Assembly (NCBI RefSeq): GCF_006345805.1
Contig: NW_021833748.1
Span: 27,607-91,606 of the forward strand
Origin: Octopus sinensis
Lineage: Eukaryota
Direction of reading: 5' to 3'
DNA length: 64,000 bases
A program made the position numbers and the translations under genes. Positions 52,357 to 64,000 of the stretch are shown one piece after another; the stretch's first letter is position 1; each line of letters begins with the position of its first letter. A model generated the notes under the pieces. The model searched no databases. It saw nothing but the letters and a program-made list of their open reading frames with translations, and was not told the DNA's origin.

Positions 52357-52569
52357 TATTTATTAAACCGAAAACGCAGAGGGAAGTGTGAAGAGACGAC
52401 TGAACGCAACATGTATATAAATAGGTTGTGATGTATCCTATTTGGCTTTTGGTGGAGTGGTTGAGGTGTCAAAGGGTGACGGCTTAATGATTAATAAAAA
52501 TTATACAAAACTGAAACACAGACACAGTAAAATTTAAAAGGAAAGCATATAATATAAATATATACAACT

Positions 52570-53690
52570 ACATCTATAAATAGCTAAATATACATTTAAC
52601 ATACACACAGATATGATATAGGTAGTTAGGGTAGTTAGTGAAGGCGCATGGCTCAGTGGTTAGAGCGTCGAGCTTACGATCGTGAGGTTGTGAGCTCGAA
52701 TCCCGGACCGGGCTGCGTGTTGTGTTCTTGAGCAAGACACTTTATTTCACGTTGCTCCAGTTCACTCAGCTGTAGAAATGAGTTGCGACGTCACTGGTGC
52801 CAAGCTGTATCGACCTTTGCCTTTCCCTTGGACAACATCAGTGGCTGGAGAGGGGATGCTGGTATGCATGGGCGACTGCTGGTCTTCCATAAACAACCTT
52901 GCCCGGACATGTGTCTAGGAGGGTAACTTTCTAGGTGCAATCCCATGGTCATTCATGACCGAAGGGGGTCTTTACATCTATAAATAGCTAAATATACATT
53001 TAACATACACACAGATATGATATAGGTAGTTAGGGTAGTTAGTGAAGGCGCATGGCTCAGTGGTTAGAGCGTCGAGCTTACGATCGTGAGGTTGTGAGTT
53101 CGAGTCCCGGACCGGGCTGCGTGTTGTGTTCTTGAGCGAGACTCTTTATTTCACGTTGCTCCAGTTCACTCAGCTGTAGAAATGAGTTGCGACGTCACTG
53201 GTGCCAAGCTGTATCGACCTTTGTCTTTCCCTTGGATAAGGTCAGTGGTGTGGAGAGGGGAGGCTGGTATGCATGGGCGACTGCTGCTCTTCCATAAACA
53301 ACCTTGCCCGGACTTGTGTCTAGGAGGGTAACTTTCTGGATGCAATCCCATGGTCATTCATGACCGAAGGGGGTCTTTACATCTATAAATAGCTAAATAT
53401 ACATTTAACATACACACAGATATGATATAGGTAGTTAGGGTAGTTAGTGAAGGCGCATGGCTCAGTGGTTAGAGCGTCGAGCTTACGATCGTGAGGTTGT
53501 GAGTTCGAGTCCCGGACCGGGCTGCGTGTTGTGTTCTTGAGCAAGGCACTTTATTTCACGTTGCTCCAATTCACTCAGCTGTAGAAATGAGTTGCGACGT
53601 CACAGGTGCCAACTTGTATCGGCCTTTGCCTTTCTCTCTTGTGGAGAGGGGAAGCCGGTATGCATGGGCAACTGCTGGTCTTCCATTTTA
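52570..53690 (+). mobile_element. SINE-D tandem triplication including 70 bp of unique flank (period about 405 bp)
   Basis: Head ggcgcatggctcagtggttagagcg...gagttcgagtccc; units at 52570, 52974, 53379; third copy deleted and truncated. Confidence 0.92.
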
Positions 53691-54002
53691 ATGGATCTTT
53701 GATATTTTCATACTTAAGCAACCATATAAACTTGCTAAGATTTGTTGAAAATTTTCTGTTATCATTTTTAAACAAACTTTCGTGATTTGATATTCTTTGT
53801 TTTATAAAGCATGAGCTAGAACCAATATGGTAATATTCATTTTTATCCGTTGTAACTACACATCTATAGGCGGTATTTCTTATTTTACATTTATTTCAAA
53901 ATTTCCATCGCGTTCTCCGAGCGCAATCACATTTTCCTTGTATTTTCCATGTATGAAGTTATCTATGTTTTTATCATTAGATTTTACAATGTGTCTCTCT
54001 CT

Positions 54003-54410
54003 TTTTACTCTTTTACTTGTTTCAGTCATTTGACTGCGGCCATGCTGGAGCACCGCCTTTAGTCGAGCAAATCGACCCCGGGACTTATTCTTTGTAAGCC
54101 CAGTACTTATTCTATCGGTCTCTTTTGTCGAACCGCTAAGTGACGGGGACGTAAACACACCAGCATCGGTTGTCAAGCAATGCTAGGGGGACAAACACAG
54201 ACACACAAACATATACACACACACTTATAAATACATATACATATATACGACAGGCTTCTTTCAGTTTCCGTCTACCAAATCCACTCACAAGGCATTGGTC
54301 GGCCTGGGGCTATAGCAGAAGACACTTGCCCAAGATGCTACGCAGTGGGACTGAACCCGGAACCATGTGGTTGGTTAGCAAGCTACTTACCACACAGCCA
54401 CTCCTGCGTC
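54003..54410 (-). mobile_element. SINE-A, full length
   Basis: Reverse complement of SINE-A. Confidence 0.92.
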
Positions 54411-54573
54411 TGTTTTATATTTTTATTAATTATATTTATTATTACTGTTTTCAAAATACTCGCTGCTCTTTCTAGCCAACATGTGTGCCTGCCTTTTAAT
54501 TATAGAATCTATAGAAGCATTTAATTGATTAGTTTCTCTTTCATCTTTATTTCAAAATAACCACTAAGAATAG

Positions 54574-54844
54574 AATGGTTGTATACTGTCAATCTAACAC
54601 GAACGTGACAGTAGGGGGGTACACCACCGCTGTATAGCCCTAGGAAGCATCGACGCCTCCTGATGGCTTTGACACATTTTCCCTGCCATCAGGAGGCGTC
54701 GATGCTTCCTAGGGCTATACAGCGATGGTGTACCCCCCCCCCGCTACTGTCACGTTCGTGTTAGATTGACAGTATACAACCATTCTATCGCCCCACCACC
54801 GTACATGTCTCTACGAGAGATTTAGAAATTTAGTATTTCTTATA
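54574..54844. mobile_element. Fold-back element with one-sided tail, 12-bp TSD
   Basis: Arms about 54574-54667 and 54685-54785, tail to 54844; TSD cactaagaatag at 54562-54573 and 54845-54856. Confidence 0.88.
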
Positions 54845-54909
54845 CACTAAGAATAGTTGTGATTTTAATAGAATTCAGTTTAATCATCTTACTCTCATTT
54901 AAAAAATTG

Positions 54910-54940
<31 letters not shown>

Positions 54941-55092
54941 CATACATTTCGTTTTCATAATGTTATTATATTATTAATGTTATTGTTGCGTGCTTTTGCA
55001 ATTTGTTTGGTATTGGGTGCGGCTACAATTTAAGCGAAATTTCTCTGTCGTTTATGACCTTGTGTATATATATATATTATATATATATATTA

Positions 55093-55139
<47 letters not shown>

Positions 55140-55159
55140 ACATATATATATATATACAC

Positions 55160-55221
<62 letters not shown>

Positions 55222-55497
55222 CATATATATATGTATAATACTAATATAATATAAATGATATATAAATATATGTATATACCTACATCTATATGTATATATA
55301 TACATGCATATATGTGTACAGGACAACAAAAAAAAACACAATGAGAATCGAAAACATAAAAACAAAAACATTGAAACGAACTTTTTTTTCAAACAACGAA
55401 CAGAGTACAAGACAGACAACACAAGGAATATTCCCCTTCTTCAGTTGTCCCTGTTTCGTCTACTCCGCGTTTATATATATATATATATATATATATG

Positions 55498-56005
<508 letters not shown>

Positions 56006-56100
56006 GAGAAAGACCACTATTATCTAATTCAAACAAGTAAGTTTGGAGTTATACTCCCTAATATTATTATTATTATTATTATATATGTATGTATGTATAT

Positions 56101-56560
56101 AAACAAGGGTACAAAATAGTACCAGCATTGCTAGAACCAAAAGTCAAAAACTACTCAATTAGCCACAAGAAGCACTTATCTTTAATAAGTTGACGAAAAA
56201 GAGGAAGCGAGAAAGCTATATACCACAGTGATACAGACTCAAATGTGAAGGAGCAGATACATCTATATCTCATGATTTCGAACCCTTTTGCCTTGCGTCT
56301 CAGTTCTCGTTAGTGGAACTTACTGCGCCTAGGGTTAAGTATAACTTGTCGCGTCAACTCATCAGAAAAAGCGTTGAAAGCGTGCCCAATTTCGAAACGA
56401 TAAACGTGTATAATATAAATAATGAGGGTGGTCCATTAGCAATTAAAACTTAAGAGCTAATTTATAAACAAGGATAGGAAATAGTACCAGCACTGCTAGA
56501 AACAAGAGTCAAAAACGACTCCAGCCACGAAAAGCACTTTTCTTAAGTGACCATCTCGAA
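56101..56560. mobile_element. Partial-tandem insert (about 365-nt period) between microsatellites
   Basis: aaacaagg...atagtaccagca.tgctagaa.caa.agtcaaaaac...gccac.a.aagcactt at 56101-56185 and 56466-56550. Confidence 0.7.
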
Positions 56561-56651
56561 ATATAACTAAAATACACACACACACATACATACATACATA
56601 CATACATACATACATACATACATACACATACATACGTACATACGTACATAC

Positions 56652-57227
56652 AACACCATACTACAAAGCACAGCCCTACTAAAGGGAGACCCAAAGATGA
56701 ACCGGATCCTCGAAACACACACCATCATTAAAAGTAAACGGCAACCAAAATCCTTGAAAAGGATTTTAACCCAAGCTACACTGCACTCAACATCAACCAC
56801 AAAACCAGCAGTTAGAAAATGTGGAAGGCCCAACTGCGGAATCTGTGTCATCTTGAAAGAAGGATCAGAATTTATACTGGAACAAGGCCACCAGTTCACC
56901 ATTAGAACAAACTTCACCTGCGCATCAGAAAACTTAATTTACGTCATAACATGCGCAGGCTGCAATAGGCAGTATATAGGCCATACAAAAAATAGCTTAC
57001 GTAACAGGATGGCGGTGCATAAATCACAAATTAGAAACCCTGATTACCGCAAAATACCGGTCAGCGGACACATAGATAGATGTGCTGGAAATGTAAATCC
57101 GAAATTTACAACTAACCCGCTCTATAAATTCAGTGACAACGCAACCTTCACACAACGCCAAAATAAAGAACTATATTTCATAAAAAAATTTAGACCAAGT
57201 TTAAACACCCTGGGCCAGGAATACTAA
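56652..57227 (+). CDS. GIY-YIG endonuclease with Zn-finger linker, C-terminus of a Neptune-type PLE ORF (5' truncated)
   Basis: KRQPKSLKRILT...KCGRPNCGIC...FTCASENLIYVITCAGCNRQYIGHT...RNRMAVH...ELYFIKKFRPSLN; the frame stays open leftwards into the (CATA)n. Confidence 0.9.
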   Translation, partial: NTILQSTALLKGDPKMNRILETHTIIKSKRQPKSLKRILTQATLHSTSTTKPAVRKCGRPNCGICVILKEGSEFILEQGHQFTIRTNFTCASENLIYVITCAGCNRQYIGHTKNSLRNRMAVHKSQIRNPDYRKIPVSGHIDRCAGNVNPKFTTNPLYKFSDNATFTQRQNKELYFIKKFRPSLNTLGQEY

Positions 57228-57397
57228 AACAAAAGATAAGTCCTCCGAAAAGGAGAACCAAATTTCACCACGGCCGCTACTTCAAACAGACACTCACTCT
57301 GACGGAAATATGCCTTAGTAAAAATGGGGAAAAAAATTCTTTCGTGCAAATCTGACCCTGATACATACGATACAGCTAAGGGTCAGACCCGATTCTG

Positions 57398-57840
57398 ATT
57401 GGTCAACAAGTTGATGACGTCTAGCTCTGCTAGAATGGACAGGATACAAACAGGGGACAGTCATTAGTCAGAATATTGATGACGTCCTTTTCTGCTTGAA
57501 TAGTCACCTAACAAGTACAGACAGGGGGCAGATCTAATGTAGCTATAAGTCGTGATTGGGCAGAATCTGGATGACATCCCGCTATGCTTGACTAACGAAG
57601 CGACTGGTCAAGACAGGAAACAAACAAGAGGGAGTTATAATGCAGCGATTGGTCAAAATAATGATGACGTCCCGTTCCACTTGATTAAAGCCACCTAACG
57701 AAACGATTGGTCAAAACATTGATGACGTCACGCTAGATTGACCACCTAACAGGCATTATAAACCAAGCATTTCACAAAAAATCACTAGAACCACCCAGCG
57801 AACTTCCACCATGGGTCATCACAATTGCTTAAGGTAAAAA
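57398..57840 (+). promoter_or_regulatory. Five ATTGG-N12-TGACGTC modules, TATA box, Inr-like site, Kozak ATG and 5' splice site
   Basis: ATTGG/ATTAG at 57398, 57463, 57555, 57648, 57706, each 12 nt before TGACRTC; TATAAA 57757; TCACT 57782; CCACCATGG with ATG at 57811; AAG|GTAAAA 57833/57834. Confidence 0.72.
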
Positions 57841-58099
57841 TGAATTCCTCGCTCTTTCGGAAACATCAATCTTCTGTATTGACCGCTTTCCACCACTTTG
57901 ATCTGTTTTTAGTATTGAATACGTATCGCCACCGTGGGCCACTGCATCGAACACTTTGAACATATACTTCAAACTATATATCAACTATACATGAACTATA
58001 TATCAACTATACATGAACTCTAAGATGTCTGACTCCGTTGTGTATTATAATGAATTTCTTGTGTTTGACGGTATGAGCTGTCTCTTTTTATATATAACT

Positions 58100-58140
58100 T
58101 TTTTTGATAAGGTTCATTTCAGGACTGAAACATGTTATAA
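58100..58140 (+). ncRNA. Decayed hammerhead in the PLE pLTR
   Basis: TTGATAA GGTTC-ATTTCA-GGACT GAA ACATGT T; C3U and G8A; stem I weak. Confidence 0.5.
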
Positions 58141-58198
58141 TGTATATATAAAAATTAAAAATTGTATAATACAGCAGCATTTTCGAACTTCATTTTTT

Positions 58199-58231
<33 letters not shown>

Positions 58232-58234
<3 letters not shown>

Positions 58235-59892
58235 TATTATAAAAGGCAGATTTTATCTGCCTCCCTTTGTAACTTATAGAAATCTACAATATAGGATTTC
58301 TTCAATTACAATTTACCTAGCATTTTTAAGAGTACAATGCATCGGGTCATGCCAGGTCCAGTTTTTAAAATTTAAACTCCAATTAAGCAAAATTTACAGA
58401 AAACTCACATTCTGGTGTGTATGTCAAATGCTTTTCTTAATGTGGTTTATACCACACGCACACGCACACACACACAGTGTGCAACGAATAAAATGAAAGT
58501 AAATAGCGACAGAGTGATTTGAGGAAGACTAAACTGAAAGTATTTAAACCACTACTCAAAAAATAAAAAACACAGCAAACAGAAACAAATAAATACATAA
58601 CGATTTACTCCTCACACAATTTCTTTTCAATTAGAGTTTACCTAAGATTTTTCAAAGTACTCCATTCGGTCATGCCATAATATATTTCTTTCAATTTCAC
58701 CCCCAATTAAGACAAATTCGAGAAAACTCAATATTTTAACATTTCACTCCGAAAGCATTGATGTACATGTGTGCGTGCGTGAGTGTGTGTGTGTATGTGT
58801 GTGTGTTTGATGGGTTGTGCGACACAGAAAGTGTGGTGTGTAAGTGAAGTACTTTTGTTAGTGTGTGTAAAGAGACAGACAGAGTGAAAGACAGAAATAA
58901 CTGAACTATTTTTATTCACTTTTTGTAGTGAGTGACTGAGAGAGAAAAGAGAGAGAAAGGTTATGTATGTATATATGTATGTATGGCTTCAGTGACACAC
59001 ACACACAAAAACACATACCTACGTACACCTAAAACACGCACACACACACACACAAGCGGAGCGCGAACTTTAAAATTTTGGTAGTATTAATTTGCGAGCG
59101 TACTTCTAAGCGCGCGTAATTGAAAGTTTTCACTATGATATCATCACGTGCGAAAAAATTCGAAGGGTTTTGAACAATTGAGATACACATGTCACGCCTG
59201 TATTGAAACCATTGCTAAGCTGCCGTAATTGCTTAATTAAGAATTTGTTTAAATTGAAAGGGGCAAATATGTGACGAGGTTGAAAAAAAATACCCCAGAA
59301 AAAAAATGTACTGCTGGTATTTATATAATTCACTACTATTTTGCTACAATGTCATGAAAAAGAAAAATTTAGGTATGTAAATCGAATTCGCCACCCCCTT
59401 TTCCCCGTTCGCGTTGTGTAAAAAAAATTATTATTTAAGTTTTAAAAATTATTTACTTTGTTCAAAAAATATTAATATTAATTAATTTTCAAGAATTATT
59501 TAATTTTATTCTGTAAAATAGTAATTAATTCATTTATCTGTAAATCCGCGAGGTTGTTACTCAGGCACCTAGAATGGTAACCTTCAACTAACACTATCTC
59601 CTCCGAGACCCTGCGGCGCAAGTTGACCGAAATTGAGAGAGATGGTAGAAGAAGGTTGCTCTTCCTTCCGTAGAACAAAAATTCAAATCGGACCATGTTA
59701 ACACCAAAAATTATTTACATCAAAAAGATGCTTTTTTCTATGAAAATCCCTATTTTTTACGATTTTTTCACTGCTGTGTCACCACTTTTCGGTGTATTTC
59801 GACCAGAAAAATGTTCACAAAATTTTTACTTTTCAAAATTACAATTCCAGCGGGTCGAAACAAACCCGAGAAACGCCGGGCGATACTGCTAG
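58232..59892 (+). mobile_element. Non-autonomous Helitron, 1.66 kb, inserted at A|T in (TA)n
   Basis: 5' TCTTATTATAAAAGG; 3' cccg-agaaacgc-cggg-cgatactgCTAG|T; internal diverged duplication about 58305-58410 versus 58632-58740. Confidence 0.88.
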
Positions 59893-59967
59893 TATATATA
59901 TATATATATATATAAGTATAGGAAAGATTGGAGCTGAGCGAAGATTTAACAAAATTCCTTTATTTTA

Positions 59968-60051
59968 TTTTTCACATATGTTTCGAAGTCTGCAAAATTC
60001 CTAATTCCGAATGAATAAGGAGTTCATTATGCAGCTTTCTCTTCAGGAAAA
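59968..60051 (-). ncRNA. Hammerhead with extended stem II, N17 apparently deleted, in TA-flanked insert 59924-60240
   Basis: Minus: TTTTC CTGAAGA GAAAGCTGCA-(35 nt)-TGCAGACTTC GAA ACATATGT GAAAA; 8 of 10 stem II pairs, palindromic stem III. Confidence 0.68.
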
Positions 60052-60237
60052 TCCCGGAACTTCTTTCGCCAACAAAATGCACAACAAGTTTTTCGACGAC
60101 TGCTCACGAGGAGCCCATAGCGATAATGATATGCCCTATGGTCGTAACTTCAACCGTGTTCTTTCTGTTGTGAGTTTGCTACCCAGGTATCGATTATCTT
60201 TCGAATTATCCGTAATAAGATAAGTCAATTATCTACT

Positions 60238-60285
<48 letters not shown>

Positions 60286-60945
60286 GCATGTATGTATGTA
60301 TGTATATGTATATATAAGAGAAGAAAAAGAAAATGGGGATTGTTAAGTTAATAATTGTTTAGTATTAACAGCAAATTAAACATCTTACCTTACAGCTGTT
60401 TTAATTAATACTAAGTAAATATTAAGTAAATGTTAAATTTATATGACCTGACAATCACATCTTCAGAGGGGAAAAGATACGCCCTTGGATGTTTTATATG
60501 AGTTTCTTGATTCATTATAGCCGACTGAATGATATGGTTTATGACTTGTATTGTTATATGCTCGGGTGAGGGTTTTAGAGTTTGAATGGAGATAAGATAG
60601 AGTAGGTACATAGAATTAGTACAATAAATTAATAAATTAAACAGAGATGATAGAGGAAAATTAGATATAGATAAGTTAAGTTTATAGTCAATAAAAGAAT
60701 GGAATATTCGTTTATAAGGTATAAATAAACTTACGAAAATTTGTATATATGCAAGTAGGCACGTATATATATACATACATATATTTATCCGTACGTTCAT
60801 TTCCCATCCGCCATTGCTTCTTCACCAAGGTATTTTGGCGCTTCTTTACCAAGTTATTTTGGCGCCTCTTCCTCCCATCCTCTTTAATTCTTTCTTTCTC
60901 TCTCTCTTGGTCATTGCTTCTGTCCTCTGCCCTCCTTAATCCCCC

Positions 60946-60978
<33 letters not shown>

Positions 60979-61744
60979 ACCTTCTTGCAACCTGCTGCTA
61001 CTAAGCCATTCCATTGGTGACAGCCGCCTGTACTACACGTGTCTTCTCTACCGAAAAGGTAATCGCTTTCCACGCTTGCTGATCAATTGTTTTTGTCTCA
61101 TTTTGTCTCAAAGTCGTAAGACGCCCCCATATCATTCCTGTTTTTATTCGTTACTGTTTCCAATTTTATCTTCGTCTCTTGTTTTCCTATTCGTCTCTGT
61201 TGTCACATTCTTTCCTTCTACCAAGCAAATCTAATGCCCATAGCTTAGCTTTTCCTTGGGGCTGGCCGTTTTGGAGCAAATCTCAGAATTAAACAGCCGA
61301 GATTTGCCATGATGAATCGGTTTCTGACTGAAGAATGAAGGCTCTGAATGACTGTCTGTTTTCCGTGTTCGTCACTTCGTGTAATTCACGTTCTTTATAT
61401 ATAAAGTTTTATTATATATATATATACACAAAGATTTCAAGAACGAATAAAAACATGAACATTTATGAAGTGGTCTCGGAGGGCCATCACCGAACAATTG
61501 ACGAACTTGTTGATATGACTGGTGTGTGCTGGAGTTTCTACCAACGAATTTTGAGCGAGGACTTTTGAATGAAAAGAAATGTAGCAGAATTTGCGTCTCA
61601 CTTGCTCACAGATGATCAAAAGCAATCACGAATGAAAGTTGGGCAAAACATTTCATCGAGGAATGTCATGGTTGGCTTCTACTACCAAGCCTAATTGAAA
61701 CTATGTACCGGAGGAAAATTCCTCTTTGAACAATGTCATACTTA

Positions 61745-61828
61745 TATATCCTGAAGAGATCGTGCTGACATTGCATAAATCCCTGCATATAAATATGCAG
61801 TTAGTGCGATCGAATCACGTATCGGACA
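61745..61828 (+). ncRNA. Decayed hammerhead with well-paired long stem II
   Basis: CTGAAGA GATCG-TGCTGAC...GTTAGTG-CGATC GAA TCACGTAT C GG; A15.1 lost, stem I weak. Confidence 0.55.
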
Positions 61829-61868
61829 GTTATTATGAATAAACAAACTGGAAATAAATATAAAGATT

Positions 61869-62180
61869 AAGAAATACTAAATTTCTAAATCTCTCGTAGA
61901 GACATGTACGGTGGTGGGGCGATAGAATGGTTGTATACTGTCAATCTAACAAGAACGTGACAGTAGGGGGTACACCACCGCTGTATAGCCCTAGGAAGCA
62001 TCGAACGCCTCCTGATAGCTTTGACACATTTTTCCCTGTGTCCTTCGTATATGTATATAAGGACACAGGGAAAAAATGTGCCAAAGCTATCAGGAGGCGT
62101 TCGATGCTTCCTAGGGCTATACAGCGGTGGTGTACCCCCTACTGTCACGTTCTTGTTAGATTGACAGTATACAACCATTC
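61869..62180. mobile_element. Second copy of the fold-back element, opposite orientation, 12-bp TSD
   Basis: Tail 61869-61924, arms 61925-62045 and 62059-62180; TSD aatataaagatt at 61857-61868 and 62181-62192. Confidence 0.9.
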
Positions 62181-62399
62181 AATATAAAGATTGAATGTTC
62201 AAATCTTCATTCTCGAAGGTCATCACCGGTGACGAAAGCTGATGCTATGAAATTTGCAGAGGTTGAAGAGGTGAAGAAAAAGAAAATTAACGGAGACGTT
62301 AAAAGGCATCTCTTCGCAAGAGTTCCAGGACTATTTCCAACTGTGGACAACGCACCCGAGCCTATGAATTGTATCAAATGTAGAATACTTTGGCAGAGT

Positions 62400-63170
62400 G
62401 GAGGCGCAATGGCCCAGTGGTTAGGGCAGCGGACTCGCGGTCATAGGATCGCGGTTTCGATTCCCAGACCGGCCGTTGTGAGAGTTTATTGAGCGAAAAC
62501 ACATAAAAAGCTCCACGAGGCACCGGCAGGGGATGGTGGTGATCCCTGCTGTACTCTTTCACCACTCTTTCTCTCACTACTACTACCTGTTTCTGTTGTA
62601 CCTGTATTTCAAAGGGCCGGCCTTGTGACTCTCTGTGTCACGCTGAATATCCCCGAGAACTACGTTAAGGGTGCACGTGTCTGTGGAGTGCTCAGCCACT
62701 TACACGTTAACTTCACGAGCAGGCTGTTCCGTTGATTCGGATCAACCGGAACCCTCATCGTCGTAACCGACAGAGTGCTTCCATATTGAGCGAAAACACC
62801 TAAAGCTCCACGAGGCTCCGGCAGGGGATGGTGGTGATCCCTGCTGTACTCTTTCACCACTCTTTCTCTCACTCTTACTTCCTGTTTCTGTTGTACCTGT
62901 ATTTCAAAGGGCCGGCCTTGTCACTCTCTGTGTCACGCTGAATATCCCCGAGAACTACGTTAAGGGTGCACGTGTCTGTGGAGTGCTCAGCTACTTACAC
63001 GTTAATTTCACGAGCAGGCTGTTCCGTTGATTCGGATCAACCGGAACCCTCATCGTCGTAACCGACAGAGTGCTTCCATATTGAGCGAAAACACCTAAAG
63101 CTCCACGAGGCTCCGGCAGGGGATGGTGGTGATCCCTGCTGTACTCTTTCACCACAACTTTCTCTCACTC
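62400..63170 (+). mobile_element. SINE-C head-(body)x3, period 295 bp, last unit truncated
   Basis: Junction cttccat|attgagcgaaaacacc at about 62784 and 63079. Confidence 0.92.
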
Positions 63171-63359
63171 TTTCTATTGATTATCCTCTTGTACATACAT
63201 ATAGAGTTTTGGCAATGCGAACAGCAAAAATATAACATAATACATAAGTGTGCATTTACATCCTAGTATACGTTTCGTACGTTAGCACCTATCAAATTAG
63301 TTTAATAAGTGCTAAAGAACGAAACTCTCGGTCTTGAGTTACTATTGATAAAAATTTTG

Positions 63360-63755
63360 GCGCCGGTGTGGCTGTGTAGTAAGAAGGCAGCGAGCTGGCA
63401 GAATCGTTAGCACGCCGGGCGAAATGCGTAGCCGTATTTCGTCTGCCGTTACTTATTCTGAGTTCAAGTTCCGCCGAGGTCGACTTTGCCATTCATCCTT
63501 TCGGGGTCGATTAAATAAGTACCAGTTACGCACTGGGGTCGATGTAATAGACTTAAGCCGTTTGTCTGTCCTTGTTTGTCTCCTCTGTGTTTAGGCACTT
63601 GTGGGTAATAAAGAAATATAGCGGTTCGCCAAAAGAGACCGATAGAATAAGTATTAGACTTACAAAGAATAAGTCCCGGGGTTTATTTGCTCGGCTAAAG
63701 GCGGTGCTCCAGCATGGCCACACTCAAATAACTGAAACAAGTAAAAGAATAAAGG
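63360..63755 (+). mobile_element. SINE-A head / full SINE-B / SINE-A tail mosaic
   Basis: gtggctgtgtagtaag, then SINE-B about 63388-63618, then agcggttcgcc...ccagcatggcc...gaaacaagtaaaag. Confidence 0.85.
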
Positions 63756-64000
63756 AAAAAAGAACGTGTATACCTTTCTACCTAGCAACAAACTTCCATA
63801 CATACATATATGCATACATATATACTGGCATACATACATACATACATGTATACATGCTTACATACATACATGCATAATTGCATACATACACACAAGCATA
63901 TATAAATTACATTCATACATAAATATATACATATACAGCCATTCATACATGCATACATCCCTATATGCAAGGATGCATACATCCATGCAAACATACATAT

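Larger units (their letters stand above)
56652..58203 (+). mobile_element. Penelope-like element 3' end (endonuclease, UTR, pLTR) between (CATA)n and (TA)n
   Basis: GIY-YIG ORF, promoter-like array, Kozak ATG, splice donor and HHR relic in the expected pLTR order. Confidence 0.85.
61430..62350 (+). pseudogene. Decayed mariner transposase interrupted by insertions
   Basis: HRTIDELVDMTGVCWSFYQRILSEDF*MKRNVAEFASHLLTDDQKQSR, then KVITGDES*CY and FAEVEEVKKK after 62192. Confidence 0.8.

Noticed and set aside
52640-52720. tRNA-like heads as tRNA genes (also 32657, 42422, 48211, 62400, 14575)
   Set aside because: A and B boxes present but each continues into a multi-copy SINE body and lacks a complete cloverleaf
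55425-55462. GAAAC...CTGAAGA on the minus strand in a TA-flanked island
   Set aside because: Only 10 nt with no UH triplet between the motifs, and no GAA after the following hairpin

Overview
This is AT-rich, microsatellite-saturated animal DNA with no recognisable host protein-coding exon, so it is intergenic or deep intronic. The four abundant tRNA-derived SINE families (labelled SINE-A to -D here) and the LINE mix look like an Octopus/coleoid genome; this is recognition from memory, not a database search. Almost all non-satellite sequence is mobile DNA: SINEs, fragments of RTE, RTE-X-like, CR1/L2-group, I-group (RNase H) and R4/Dong LINEs, two non-autonomous Helitrons, a decayed mariner, and a Neptune-type Penelope-like element (PLE) 3' end with an intact GIY-YIG ORF. 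The main unexplained signal, found by manual folding, is about 15 type I hammerhead ribozyme (HHR) motifs from several unrelated short non-coding families, most inserted into microsatellites. Four have a canonical core and three share a U4C variant; the rest are decayed or partial. Stem III is usually a loop-less palindrome and stem II ranges from about 10 to about 100 nt. These elements occur as partial tandems (353-nt and 493-nt units) or as fold-backs with a one-sided tail. In one copy the insertion boundary falls on the predicted cleavage site. Together this suggests a retrozyme-like system of self-cleaving, possibly circular RNAs mobilised in trans by a PLE. A second theme is reiteration of retroposon 3' ends (head-(body)n arrays) inside single target-site duplications (TSDs). 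Nearly all ORFs in the supplied track are microsatellite or repeat artefacts. Coordinates were counted by hand and may be off by a few nt.
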